Shown: piece after piece, positions 11,547 to 23,659 of the stretch | Layout of the letters: the number at the start of each line of letters is the position of its first letter | Numbering within the stretch: position 1 is the stretch's first letter | NCBI GenBank assembly: GCA_951406725.2 | Contig: OX597824.1 | Location: 56,668,001 to 56,732,000 of the forward strand | DNA length: 64,000 nucleotides | Direction: 5' to 3' | Source of the DNA: Octopus vulgaris | Taxonomy: Eukaryota | Translations under genes and position numbers: made by a program | The notes under the pieces: generated by a model | Seen by the model: the letters and a program-made list of their open reading frames with translations, nothing else | Told to the model about the DNA's origin: nothing | Databases searched by the model: none

Positions 11547-14519
11547 TACTTACTTGTACTTGTGACGGCGTTCACCCAGGGCGGGTTGAGCCGGCTTCTT
11601 CTTTGGTCCTGACGGCATCACGAACCATGGCGGCCCACGCTCGCCGGTCCTGTGCGAGGTCACTAGAGATAGCGAGCCATTCGCGGTTCCATCTGCACAG
11701 ATTGACCACCTGCGGACCTGAGAGTTCGGAGAGGTCCTCCTTTATCGTCGTTGCCCAGGTCTTCAGCTACCCGCCCGTGCGTTTGCGCCAGTTGGGCAGT
11801 GGAAGTGGGAGGAGGACATCACGAATCAGCTCACCCTCTGGACATCGGGCCGCATGACCGAACCACCTCAAGTGCCGTTGTAGAAGCACCGAAGGGAGGG
11901 GCCGGAGATTCAGGCGATGACGAAGACCGGCTGTAGGAACCCGATCAATGCGTCGGCAGCGAAGAATGCGGCGGAGACAGTCATTGTCGAAAACCTCCAG
12001 CCTTCGCTGATAGACTACCCTCATAGGCCATGTTTCACAACCATAGAGGGGGATAGTACGAACGACGGCCTGGTAGATTCGCCCTTTGGTCACCGAGGAG
12101 ATCTCTCTCTTCTGTCCTACAGGCACTGCCGGAAGCGCACGAATGCGGATCCGGCAGCACCTATGCGACGCTCGACCTCGGCTGCACCCTGACCCCTTTG
12201 GAACCACCGTTGAACCTAGGTAGACGAAGGACTCCACATCCAGCTCCACGCCCTCGAAAACGGTTGGCTGCCAGTCATCTACTGCGACCAGAGACGTCAT
12301 TACTTTGGTTTTGCTAACATTGATCCGAAGACCAACAGCTGCCGCTGCCGCATACACCCTTTCGAGAGCATCTTGGTCATCTGCCCGGTTAGAGCCCAAG
12401 AGCGCGATGTCATCTGCGTAGGCCAGGTCCGTCACCACGACTTCTCTCCCAGCCTCTACGCCCGGGTAGAAGGATTGTAAAGGTTTTGGCAGCCACATCG
12501 ATCAAGCTGATGCCTCTATAGTTGGAACGCAGTTTTCTATTACCTTTTTTGAAGAAATGTAAAAGGGTTGCCTCGCTCCAGTCATCAGGAAAACGCCCCG
12601 TCGCCCACACTACACAGAAAACACGATGGAACCAGGCTGCGAAGGCATCAAGCTCGGCCTTGTAGATCTCAGCTGGGACGCCGTCCTCACCCGGGGCCTT
12701 GTTGTTCCGGAGATTTTTCAGGATACCGCGCACCTACTCGACCGTTGGGGGGGCAGTGTTGCACCTGTACTCTTCTCCAGGCGGCTGCGCGTCGGTTGTC
12801 GTAGATGGAGACAGGTGATTGAGCAGCTCGGAGAAGTGGTCCCGCCATCGGCCCAGCCAGTCACTGAGGTTGGTAATGACCGCGCCGTTCCGATCACGGA
12901 TCGTCTCACTGAAACCCGGATTGCTTCGGCTGGCCCGCTTCACCAGTTAGTAAAGTGCGCATTTCGATCGGCCCGGATGGTCCGAGAGGCTTGACGTCGC
13001 AGATCTCGGAGATTTGGATCTCCCTCGAGCCGAGCCATCCTCGCCCTCTCCACGAGTTCAAGAGTGTCGCCGGAGATCCAGTCCTTTGACGGGGGTGAGT
13101 AAACCCGAGATGTTTTCGGGCCACCTCAACCGTCGCCTCCTTCAGCGCGCGCCACTCCTGCTCCGGCCGCTGTTCCATCACGTCACCGAGCAACTGGAAT
13201 CGGTTCCGTAGTTCCAACCGGAAACCATTGCCAGCATCGAGTTTGAGTCGCGAGATGTCGATTCTCTTCTTGCGGTTAGGAGGAGGTTTTGCCTGCAGCC
13301 GCAAACGAAGGATTGCCCGAACAAGAGTATGGTCTAACCCATGCTCGCTGCCCGTATCAGCCCCGCGATACGCACGAGAGTCCACCACTGAGCTAGCCCA
13401 GCGGGACCTGACCAGTATGTAGTCGATCTGACTGGCTGTTCTCCCGTCATTGGACCGCCAAGTGACGAGATGGCGCGGAGGATGTTGGAACCGGGTGTTG
13501 GTAACGATGAAACGATTGGCATCTGCGAAGGATACGAGCCGTTCACCATTGTCACGGCGTACGCCAAGGGCATGGCGTCCTAGTATATGCCGCGTTGTAT
13601 CATCAGCCGACCCTGTTCGTGCATTCCAGTCCCCAGCGACAATGAGAACATCACTGGATGGGACACCATCCACTGCAGCTTGGAGATCGGCGTAGAACTG
13701 CACCTTGTCTGCATCGTCTGCACTGAGAGTGGGCGGGTAGACAGCAATCACACTGACATTGGAGATTTGACCCTTCGATCGAGCCAGCGCGAATCGGTGT
13801 GAGATCGGTTGTCACGCCAGCAGAGCCGCTTGCGCGTCAGGGCTGAGCCCCACAGCGATCCCATGAAGACCACTGTTGTCGGTCACGCCACTATGATACA
13901 GGTGATAACTGACATCCTCGCCCGGCATCCTGATAGGCAGATGGCCAACATCAGCGAGTCGGACCTCTGAAAGGCAAGCAACATTCACACATTACTTGTG
14001 CAAAGCTTTCATTGTTAGCGCCTGGACACCGTCGTCACGAAGGGTTCTGACGTTCCAGCACGCTACCTTCAGTTCTATCCTACGTTTAAAGAGCAGGACT
14101 ACTCCAGGAGTAGTTTGAAGAGCCATAGCAGTTTGAGGGTTGTTGATTGGTTGCATGTTTGTAGCAGGTAAATAATTCGTATTCGTATTCGCATTCATTG
14201 CCATGGTGGTAGTAGGATTCATAGAAGAAGTTTCGTGAGAATATTCACAAGCGGTCCCCGACATCCCGCATGTATATCCCGAGTGACGGGACGCTCTGTT
14301 TGCCGCGGGGTCTCCACAGACGCAGGGACAGAACGTTCTCGAAGCCGCCGGTTGCCGATCAGACGCCTCTTGGAATTTTCACTGCGGCCCTAGTACTGCT
14401 CGGTGCCAGACCAATCCGCCTTGGGTGGCCCTACCAGGAACCGAAGTTCCCGACGGCATAGCTCTGACACTACCCGTTTACACCACCCTACCGCTTTGAG
14501 GAGGGGTTTGACTTTAGTG
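11547..14519 (-). mobile_element. Near-full-length RTE-clade LINE (APE endonuclease + RT), disrupted
   Basis: APE motifs VACWNVRTL, LIVAGDWNA, TWRSNDG...QIDYILV. RT motifs KAPGEDG, NYRGISL, DLAYADD, LYGCETW, LRWFGH. Internal deletion near 12498; (CAAGTA/AAGT) tail at ~11547-11565. Confidence 0.93.
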
Positions 14520-14612
14520 TAGAATAAGTACTGGGTGTCGATAAGTTCGACTAAAATTCATCAAAGCAGAGCCCCAGCAAGGCTACTGTCTATTAACTGA
14601 ACCAAGTAAAAG

Positions 14613-14613
<1 letters not shown>

Positions 14614-14711
<98 letters not shown>

Positions 14712-14803
14712 TATACATACACACACACATGCATACATATACATACACACACATATACATACGCACACATGCATACATACATATATGCATACAACACACA
14801 CAC
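14614..14803. repeat. (CA)n microsatellite and degenerate CA/TA tract
   Basis: Directly visible. Confidence 0.95.
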
Positions 14804-14882
14804 ATATTCCATGTGGACGATAGAGCTGTTTCCGTCTGGCCAATATCATCATGGGTGCACATACACTTCTGATCTATGATCC

Positions 14883-15470
14883 CTAGTATTTTAGTCTATA
14901 AATGAAAGGAACAAAACTGAAAAGATTGTTATTCCTCCCAACTCTGGAGCCCCAAAATATAACTGTCCGTGTGAAAAAGTTCTCCTCTAATTGCAAACCA
15001 GCATCTTTCAAAGTCTGACCTTGTGACTTATTAATGGACAGCGCAAAAGACTGATGTATTAGAAATTGAACTCGTTTGAACTCGAATAGCATATTGGAAG
15101 GTATTAGAGTTAAGCGAGGAATAAACACATCTTCACCTTTTCCACGGATAGAAATTATTGTGGCCTCTATGACATTTCTCGTTAATTTCTTGACAACAAG
15201 TCTTGTATCATTGCACAGCTTTGGTTGAGAAAAGTTGCGCAGAAACATGATTGGCGCGCTTATTTTCAATCGAAGGTAATGAGGAGGAACTCCTGGTGGT
15301 TCCAGTGAGTTTAAGAACTCAACCGGGTAACCGAGTTATCCACAACAGAGCCTCTAGACTTATAAGTATGTTCATTTCCTGGTGAAACTTTCTCCAGTCT
15401 TTCATTTAAATTACTTACAATAATGTTTTTTGGTGCCGTGATTACTCTTTCGCACGACCATGGCATTGAG
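14883..15470 (-). mobile_element. Helitron RepHel PIF1-type helicase, C-terminal fragment
   Basis: LRN...[16 protein letters not shown]...FEFKRVQF...[13 protein letters not shown], plus an upstream [17 protein letters not shown]-like segment. Confidence 0.85.
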
Positions 15471-15924
15471 AGAGGGAAGCAAAAACAATCGTTTCATCCC
15501 TACTGGTAAAACCTGAAACGTTGTCTAATAAGGAGGTTTTAGCATGGGATCAACAAATTAAAATTTGCAGAATGAATAATAACTTTGAATTGATATTGTT
15601 AACGTCATACTATATTAGTCTAAGAAAAGCTATTTGTTGTTTTGTTTGTTAATTTTCCTCGAACTTATATTTAGTTATCTCCCTTAGACTGGTCATTTTT
15701 TTTTTGGTCGGTGTAGGACTGCACTATGTGCAACATTTTGGAAAAGAGCCCGTAGCTCCCTTACTGGGGCCCCTAGAGAGCCGAGACCACTTCCATTGTC
15801 TTCTTCGGAAAATATTACACAAGTAACGTTTAAGTTTTATATAGATGCTTTAGCCTTTCTTCCTATAAATCAACAAACACACACACACACACAGACGTTC
15901 ATCTTTATTACATAGATTATCTGT

Positions 15925-16125
15925 AAGGCGGCTAGCTGGCAGAACTGTTAGCACACCAGGCAAAATGCTTAAAGACATTTTGTCCGTCTTTACGTTCTGA
16001 GTTCAAATTCTGCTGACTTTCCCTTTCATCCTTTCGGGGTCGATAAAATAAGTACAAGTTGAGCACTTGTAATCGATTAGCCCCTTCCCTTGCTGGCCTT
16101 GTGCCAATATTTGAAACCATTATTA
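15925..16125 (+). mobile_element. tRNA-derived SINE with Meta-like central domain
   Basis: aaggcggctagctggcagaa...gttctgagttcaaattc...cctttcatcctttcggggtcgataaa. About ten copies or fragments occur in the window. Confidence 0.8.
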
Positions 16126-16705
16126 ATTGTTTGCTCCCGTGTAGTTCAGAAAAAGAAGAAAAAATACCCCTTCCACACACAAAAAATGCAATATGATCGA
16201 GTCGTTTTAGTTATTTCAGAAAACTAAAGAAACATATTTCGTTTATTTCGTATAATTCAGTCAAAAGACCGAATGATGTATTAAAATCTTTCGTTACACT
16301 TCCGGAATGTGATTACTGACACAGTTACAGTGATATAATTGTTGTATGAAAGGTCTCATAATAACGAGAAAAAAAATGAATATAATAACCTTCGTGTGTT
16401 TTTGAAAACATGTCAAAACATTTTTAAACATTTTCAAATAACACCTCAAAACATTTAAGAGAACAAGATACGCAAGGGAAATAACTTATAAAAATACTGA
16501 GTTATCTCCCATGGTATATTTAAATACTGAATAACGAGAGTGGAGTACTTATAAATTCCTTTAATCTTCTACAAGCTTCAGTCATTGGCAAGCAGCCATG
16601 CTGGAGAAAAAGACTTTTAGCAGTTTTGGTTGAGCACATTGACTACAATACTTATCCTATCGATCTTCACAGAGTTTAATACACATACACACATATCCCA
16701 ATACA

Positions 16706-17560
16706 GATAAGCATCCATCAGTCTCGAAAGACCATGGATCTGCGCCTAGAGAATTTTGTGTTAGCTGCTGATGGCCGTGTAGTATCTGCTTTGGCCCACA
16801 CAGGAGCGGCAGTCTGGCATGCAGCGACTGCATTTGAAGATTCACTCGACCGGCGCTACTGCATTTTCCTTTCTTTGAGCGCGCTTTTCTTCGGTGGAAA
16901 GTTTCTGTTTTGCTTCTCGCTGCATCCTCTTTCGTAGTACCCGTCTTCGCTGTGGGCGATCATTTGCGATCTCCTCCCACTTCAGGGCGTCCATTGACTT
17001 TATATCTCTCTTGCTGACGACCTTGAAACGAAATGAGCTCTTGTGCCGGTGGCCAATTCCCTAAACAGGAGGTCTTTTGGGATCCTTCTGTCCGAAACGC
17101 GTGGCCGAGCCACTGTAGACGGTGCTGTTGGAGCAGGGTGTATCCACTGAATATCTTGGTACAATCGAGACTTCAGTGTTGGTGACTCAGTCGGTCCACA
17201 TGGTATCCAAGATGCGTCTCAGACTACGAAGGGGGAAGGCGTTGAGACGCCTCTCCTGCCAGGAGGAGAAGCTCCATATCTCACTGCCGTAAAGTAGTGT
17301 GCCGAGGACGCACGCCTTGTAGATAGCAATCTTGGTGTTTGTTGTCAGTTCTCCCAGACTCTCTTCATCAGCCTGGCAAATGTGGAAGATGCTTGTCTAA
17401 CTCACCTTCTGATCTCAGGGTCCAAGGAGAAATTATCAGTGATAGTGGAGTCGAGGTAGGTGACTATCAAGGACTATCTCCAGCTCGTAAATGTTGATGG
17501 TGATGGTGTGCGGATGGATGCTTGCCACCATGACTAAGTACGCTGGTTTTCTTCAGAATA
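16706..17560 (-). mobile_element. 5'-truncated RTE (BovB-like) LINE, decayed
   Basis: YKACVLGTLLYGSEIW, RLNAFPLRSLRRIL, LQWLGH; 3' end ggcgcagatccatggtctttcgagactgatggatgc. Confidence 0.85.
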
Positions 17561-17618
17561 ATAATCAGGCTTACGCATTTTGTAAATGAGTGTTCTTTTG
17601 TTTGTGTCCATAATAATA

Positions 17619-17819
17619 TCATTTGGTGTATTTATCGCTACATTGTTTCCATTTTTTTAGTAGTCCTTTTGAGGCTTTAATGTCTTCCATTGTGACATTA
17701 AGTTTTTCCTTAATTTGCCTCGCCGCCGAAGCGAAACCTTTGACGCTTGGCTTGTTGCAGTTGTTGTTCATGTTTGTGGTGGTGGTGGTGGTGACAGTGT
17801 CAGTGTCAGTCTTTCTCTC
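17619..17819 (-). other. Exon-like segment encoding a CENP-B/Tigger HTH-like peptide
   Basis: Strong acceptor ttttcttttttctttgttgcag|G at 17820; peptide ARQIKEKLNVTMEDIKASKGLLKKWKQ resembles the FKASxGWLxxFK helix. Confidence 0.3.
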
Positions 17820-17877
17820 CTGCAACAAAGAAAAAAGAAAACACATCTTGACACGCGGACAACAATGATAATTAATT

Positions 17878-18810
17878 ATTTTATTGGCAACAAGGGCTTA
17901 GGTAAAGTTACACGAAGAGACAAAGACAGGACGATACAAATGGGTTTTAAAAGCGTGTAAACAAATAGGGGGAGGCGCTTTAAGGTTACTCGTGGAAAAG
18001 CCCATAAAAACCACGGGTGTCTGACCAACAGGGTAAGAGCCTTTCTCCTTTATTTTTCACTGGCGCATGCTCACATTGGCTATTTTCCCGACATTCACCA
18101 ACCTTTCGACAAATTTGCTAGAAGGCAACGCTTCCTCTCCACCCTCACTTTCCTTTCAAGTGAAAATTGAAAAAGTTTATGAGAGTTTGACCAAGAGGAA
18201 AGTGTCTGTCTTTAGCCCTTTGCGGTAGACGTTTGCTAAGAGGCCCGCAAACAAGTCTGGCATAGAAATATAAAGCTCGTAGGACAGACCATCTTAAACC
18301 CAGTGATCTGCCTCTTGCGCAGCCCTTCATCGCCTCGCCAACAACAACAACAACAACAATGATAATATTTTTTTATTGGCCACAAGGGCTTACATAAAGC
18401 AACATAAAATGACATACAATAACAGGAAAAGAGAATACAAAACAATACAAAAAGTTTTCAAATGGAGTAAACAGTAAAATAATTAAAATTAAACAATAAA
18501 ATCTCCCAATGGGGGAGGTGCTTTAAGGCTACTCGTGGGAAAATCCACTAAAACCAACAAGGCAAGAGTCCTCGCCTTTTCCCTTTTTACAGGTGCATGC
18601 TCAAGACTGGTTCTTTTACACTGACCATTCTTCTGACATTCACCCACCTTTCAACAGACTTACTAGAAGACAGCACTTCCCTCTCTACCCTCACTTTCCT
18701 TTTCAAATGAAACTTAAAAAATTAATGGAGACTTGGCAAAAGTAAAATGTGTCTGTCTTTAGCCCTTTCAAACGTGTCCACCATATGACCCCTTTCGCTA
18801 CAGCTGGATC
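17878..18810 (-). mobile_element. Two tandem 3' fragments of Tx1/L1-like LINEs
   Basis: Each ends in gccaataaaa(a) abutting TAA/CAA repeats (17878, 18365) and encodes FFxFHLKxKVRVExxxL...RWVNV. Confidence 0.75.
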
Positions 18811-18819
18811 CATTTTGCC

Positions 18820-19052
18820 TTTTTTGTGGCACTGGTTTCAGGTTCTTCATCTAATTCAGGGTTAATGCCAAGTTCCCTGTGCGAAATTTCAAGCTTCCTT
18901 GACAATAGAATGTGATTTTTTATTGCTTTCATGTTTGCACACAAGCCGCAGCACCCAGTATTCTGTACTTGATTAAGTACCTGTTCATTGCTATTGTTGC
19001 GGTCTTATAACACAGCTCTACCAGTATCATTCCTCTTCCCCCATTACTTCTC
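18820..19052 (-). mobile_element. R4/Dong-like LINE fragment
   Basis: Reverse complement aligns with ~25048-25170 (gaagtaatgggggaagaggaatgat...tgtgttataagacc). Confidence 0.7.
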
Positions 19053-19389
19053 TTTCATGACCCCCTTGTTTGGGTCCTTTTTCAGCAGTGGCACTGCCCC
19101 TCGACAGACAAAAGTGGGAATTCTCCCATTCAGCTACCAGTTGCGGTAGATATCTGTTAAGAGGCCTCCAAACAAGTCTGGTATCGAAATATAAAGCTCG
19201 TAGTGTAGACCATCCAAACCCGGCGATCTGCCTCTCGTGCAGCTCTTTATCGCGAATTGTGGTCTGTGTAGCCGACTATGTGAAAGTGTGAACAACCTAT
19301 GCTATCCTTATCAGTTGACTCTATCAGAGTACTCTATCTAGATACGATCTAGATGACCCGATGCGATTTGTCGAAGTCCACATTGGCAC

Positions 19390-19640
19390 ATTCGGGTTAT
19401 CTAGTCGGTACCTATCAGCAGGTTTGTGAGGCTTTTGCACCCCACACTCCTATCAGATACTCCCAGGCAATCGAAACGTTCATCTAAGACAGCGTTCCAA
19501 CCCTCTATTAACGCTAAAGTACGAGACGTTCCCAGGATAACCTTCAGACGCTTGAAGAAATCTGACCGACCTGCCCCTGTCGGAGCATAGGCAGCCACCA
19601 GTCTGAAGGCACCACTGTCACTGCTGTTCACATCCAGGAC
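19390..19640 (-). mobile_element. Tx1/L1-like APE endonuclease fragment
   Basis: LDVNSSDSGAFRLVAAYAPTGAGRSDFF...LIEGWNAVLD. Confidence 0.7.
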
Positions 19641-19661
19641 CACCACCACGACAACAACAGC

Positions 19662-19717
<56 letters not shown>

Positions 19718-19737
19718 TGATGATGATAATGATGATT

Positions 19738-21300
19738 TTTTTATTTGCCACTAGGGCGAAGGATGAGGGAGACAGCACAAAGTCAGACATAAAGTGTTGG
19801 GGTTTACAGATAATAGGAAAAAAATGAAAAAAGTATACACGGTATACATTAAAAGGAAGTATACATAGTATATGGCACTAGAAAAAAAGGGTTTGTGATG
19901 GGGATTTTCTGATACAGGAGGACCTCTAGGGATGACCGAGGAACCCCACCATCCAAGATCACCCTGAATATCAAGGACGAGTGCCCTCTCCAACTCATTT
20001 CTTCCGGCTAACAGGTCTACACTGAGAGTGGTGCCATTCAAGTTTGCCATTTTCGCAACTTTCACCCACCTTTTCATAAATTCACTCGAGGACAGCGCCT
20101 TCACTTTCCTTTTCAAGGGAAACTTGAAAAAAAAATCAATGAGGGCTTTCAGCTTCGTCCACCAGGCAGCCTCTTTCGCCACAGCCACCAGACAAAGGAA
20201 AACTGCCTTGCCTGCCCGATTAAAGGATGGAGACGTAGCAATCAGTAATTATTATGGACTCGGCTGACAGGCAGATTCGTCCCACACGCGACAATAGCTG
20301 TTCGTAATAACTCCACAAGTTAACAATGAACGAGTGCATGCATACGGACCACCTAAGCAGTGAAACGCGTCCCTTCCACAAGAAAATAAACAGGGATACG
20401 TTCCAATCTAATCAAGCAGTAACTGGGGCAAGGCACGACGATCAGACGATAAATAATGACAAAGGCGATGTAGGCATTCGCCACCTCTGCCAGACCTTTC
20501 AGAGACAACTTCCTTTCTTACCGATTCTTATCCACCGGGAGGTCGGGACCGAGCCAGATTCCAAGCAGTTTAATTGCTCCGTCAGTCCAGCGTCCGACGG
20601 CATCGATCTGCCTCTCCAGGTGCCCAGTTGCAATCCCACCGACTTGTCGACGTTGATTTTGGCCCCTGCAACTGACTCATATTCTTTTACAATGGAGCCG
20701 ACCGTCTCTTCTTCGGAGGCATCCGACACCATGACCGTGACGTCGTCCGTGTACGCTGACACAGCCCTCTCGAGTCCAATTTCGAAAGCAGCCTTCTTAA
20801 CTATTCCAATTTCCGCAACAGTGGCTCGAGAGCCAGTACATATATAAGAGGTGACAGCGGGAAGCCCTACGGACCGAAAGTGCGATACTAAACGGTTCCG
20901 ATAGGTGGCTATTTACTTTGATCACCGAGCAGGTGCCGCTGTGCATTGCAGCAATCCAGCCTTTGAAACCGGGTCCAAAACCAGCCGCTTTTAGGACGGC
21001 TATCGAAAGCCTTCAACTGATCTAAATTAATCAGGGCCCCGCCGAAACCAGCTTTAGTCCCAGCCCCCTCTCTACGACGTATCGCATAAAGTGGCGGTTG
21101 TCGTAAGAGGGCTACTCGGGATTGCGCACGTTTGTGCCTTCCCGACCAGAATGATGACAAGCGCCAACCTTTTCACTAACACTTTGGCCAGAATCTTAAA
21201 CTCTGTGTTTATCAGAGTTATGGGCCGGAAATTTCCAAGCACGTCCCCATTGTCGGCGTCCATTTTCAGCAGCGTTACCCCACACCGGCTAACAGTGGGG
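19738..21300 (-). mobile_element. Tx1/L1-like LINE, RT and C-terminal region with deletions
   Basis: NFRPITLINTEFKILAKVL, ALINLDQLKAFD, SAYTDDV, GAKINVDKS; poly(A)-type end at ~19738 next to (TAA/TGA)n. Confidence 0.85.
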
Positions 21301-21617
21301 GAGCATCATGGCCAATGTGTTGAGAAGAATTCTTTGGGGTTTGGATAATTCCCCTCTGGAAATATGAGTCTTTCGTCCAACATCCTTAAAAAACGCTTAT
21401 TCAGAGACCTTTTGAGCGGAATGGGATACTCGACCTGAAGAAAATTATAACTGGGTCCCACCTGCAAGGTCATACGCTGTTTATCTTGATATGAGATCGC
21501 TATGTCGCGCACATATGGTTGTGATGCGTGTACCTGGTGTACCCTCATCAGATGGGTATATTGGGCTTCGTATATTTGTATCCCAGGGTCACTTTGATGG
21601 CATGCACCGTTCTCTCA

Positions 21618-21619
<2 letters not shown>
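21300..21619. mobile_element. Unclassified interspersed repeat, also at ~29210-29440
   Basis: catcatggccaatgtgttgagaagaattctttggggtttggataattc matches ~29372-29420. Confidence 0.5.
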
Positions 21620-21664
<45 letters not shown>

Positions 21665-21666
<2 letters not shown>

Positions 21667-21790
21667 GAAGGTTGTCAATGAGGAGAGTAGACCTGATACC
21701 AATAGTAATTGGTGCACTTGGAAGTATCAGCACTCAACTTCCAACTTAGCTGAAAAAGATTGGTACAAGTGTGAAGGTAGGATACCTACA
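21665..21790 (+). mobile_element. R4/Dong-like LINE extreme C-terminal fragment
   Basis: LIPIVIGALGSI motif directly after (TAA)n. Confidence 0.6.
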
Positions 21791-21799
21791 ACAAATTAC

Positions 21800-22165
21800 T
21801 ACTACTACTACTATGGCAATCCCTCAAGGTCGAGGATGATGGTCTTCGCGCAAATTTATTGGTGAGTCCGCAGGTGACTGATAAGACCAATTCTTGCTCG
21901 AAAAGATCGGTCACAGTGCGGACATCTAGTGCCGGAAGGGAGAGTCGCACGTGGTTGTTGTTGGCGCTCCTTCCGTCGTCGTCTTTTCTCCTCCAGCTCT
22001 GCAGACCGTTTCGACTCGAAATTCGCCGTTCCCTCATGGATGGTGGTTTTCCAGAGTGGTCTGTTTTTTGCCGTTTCCTCCCAGTTGGTGAAGTCAATGT
22101 CACACTTTTTGAGGTTCGATTTCAGGGAGTCCTTGTAGCGTTTCTTCTGACCTCCTTTTGTACGC
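21800..22165 (-). mobile_element. RTE LINE 3' end
   Basis: GGQKKRYKDSLKSNLK...CPHCDRSFRARIGLISHLRTH (C2H2 finger) with a (TAG)n tail. Confidence 0.85.
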
Positions 22166-22268
22166 AGGGTTCTTGAAGCATGACCAGTAAACAAGTGTCA
22201 TCTTAGTCTGCTGGCTGTGGACAGCTGACACTTTCCATCATACCCAGCAAAATATGCTGTCAGTTGTC

Positions 22269-22319
<51 letters not shown>

Positions 22320-22324
<5 letters not shown>

Positions 22325-23430
22325 TTAGACTAATATTAAACACTGAACTTAATGCTAAAAATAAGATAACAAGGATAAACACGCTAGCCATACCAGTCAT
22401 AAATTATAGCTTTAACATAATAAACTGGAAGATCAGTGAATTGAGAAACTTAGATAGAAAAACCAGAAAACTACTAACAGCATACCGAAGTCACCGCCCA
22501 AAAGCAAACGCAGGTTGAATATATCTATCCCGCTCAGAAGGAAGCCTTAGCCTGAAACAGATAGAAAACTACTATAAAATAATAACAGTTAAAGTAGCAA
22601 AGTACTTAGAAACAAAGAGCGGCGGACTACTGCATGTAGTAAAGCAACATGAGAAAAAGAAATCACTTTTCTCTTTACACAAGGAGGCGACAAAATACAA
22701 AACAGAAGCAAACAACACTGACACACTGACCTCAGATGACAACATAGCACAAATGGTTAGAGAGACAAAAAACAACATGAAAACTGAATTACAAAAGATA
22801 CTGAAGAAGAAATCAAGAGAAAAATCACTTCATAGCCAATACACGGCAAAGCTTGACAGAGAGGAAGTGAGCCTAAGTAAAAGCCAACAATTGTTCAAAA
22901 GGCTCTGGACTAAAAGCCAAAACAGAAGGACTGATTCTTGCTGCATAAGACCAATGCCTGACTACAAACAATTATAAAAATAAAATAATGAAAATAGGTC
23001 TCAACAGAATGTGCAACCAGCCCAATGAGACAGTTGACCACATCATCGCAGGTTGCCCAGTGCTTGCCAAGTCTGAATGTGTATACGGACACAACAAAGT
23101 AAGCCAACATTACAACATCAAAACTGACAGCAGGGGGTATAAGCATGAGCCAAGAAAGGTACAAAACCACGATCAGGCCACAATCATTTGGGATATGCTG
23201 GTTCAAAGCGACAAAGAATTAAAAGCTAATCACCGAGACATAATAGTCATGGATTGGGGGAAAAAACACCTACTTGTTGATAAATATTGCAGTCCCTTCT
23301 GATCAAAATATTGTCAGAAAAGTGGAGAAATTGTCGAAGTACAATGACCTCGAAATTGAAGTATTCAAAATGTGGGGCATGAAGGTAAAAACAAACCAAT
23401 AATAACTGGAGCATTGGGAGCGATAAACAA
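22320..23430 (+). mobile_element. R4/Dong-like LINE (restriction-like endonuclease type), 3' part, decayed
   Basis: LNAKNKITRINTLAIPVINYSF, LDRKTRKLL, CCHC remnant RMCNQPNETVDHIIAGC, IIWD...ANHRDII. Starts right after (TAA)n. Confidence 0.8.
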
Positions 23431-23659
23431 TCAAATGAACAAAAATGTAGAAGCCCTCCTAGGAACAGCCCACACCCAACACAAGACACTCTCAATCCAA
23501 TAATACAACCTAAACAAAACAACCCATAAATGCAAGACACACTCTATACGGCATTTACCCAGTGAAATAAACTCCCACCAGCAAGCTAGAAAACCAAAGC
23601 ATAACACACTCACACAATAAAAGTAGTAACACAACTAAAGTCAAGGAAAAAAAAAACTA

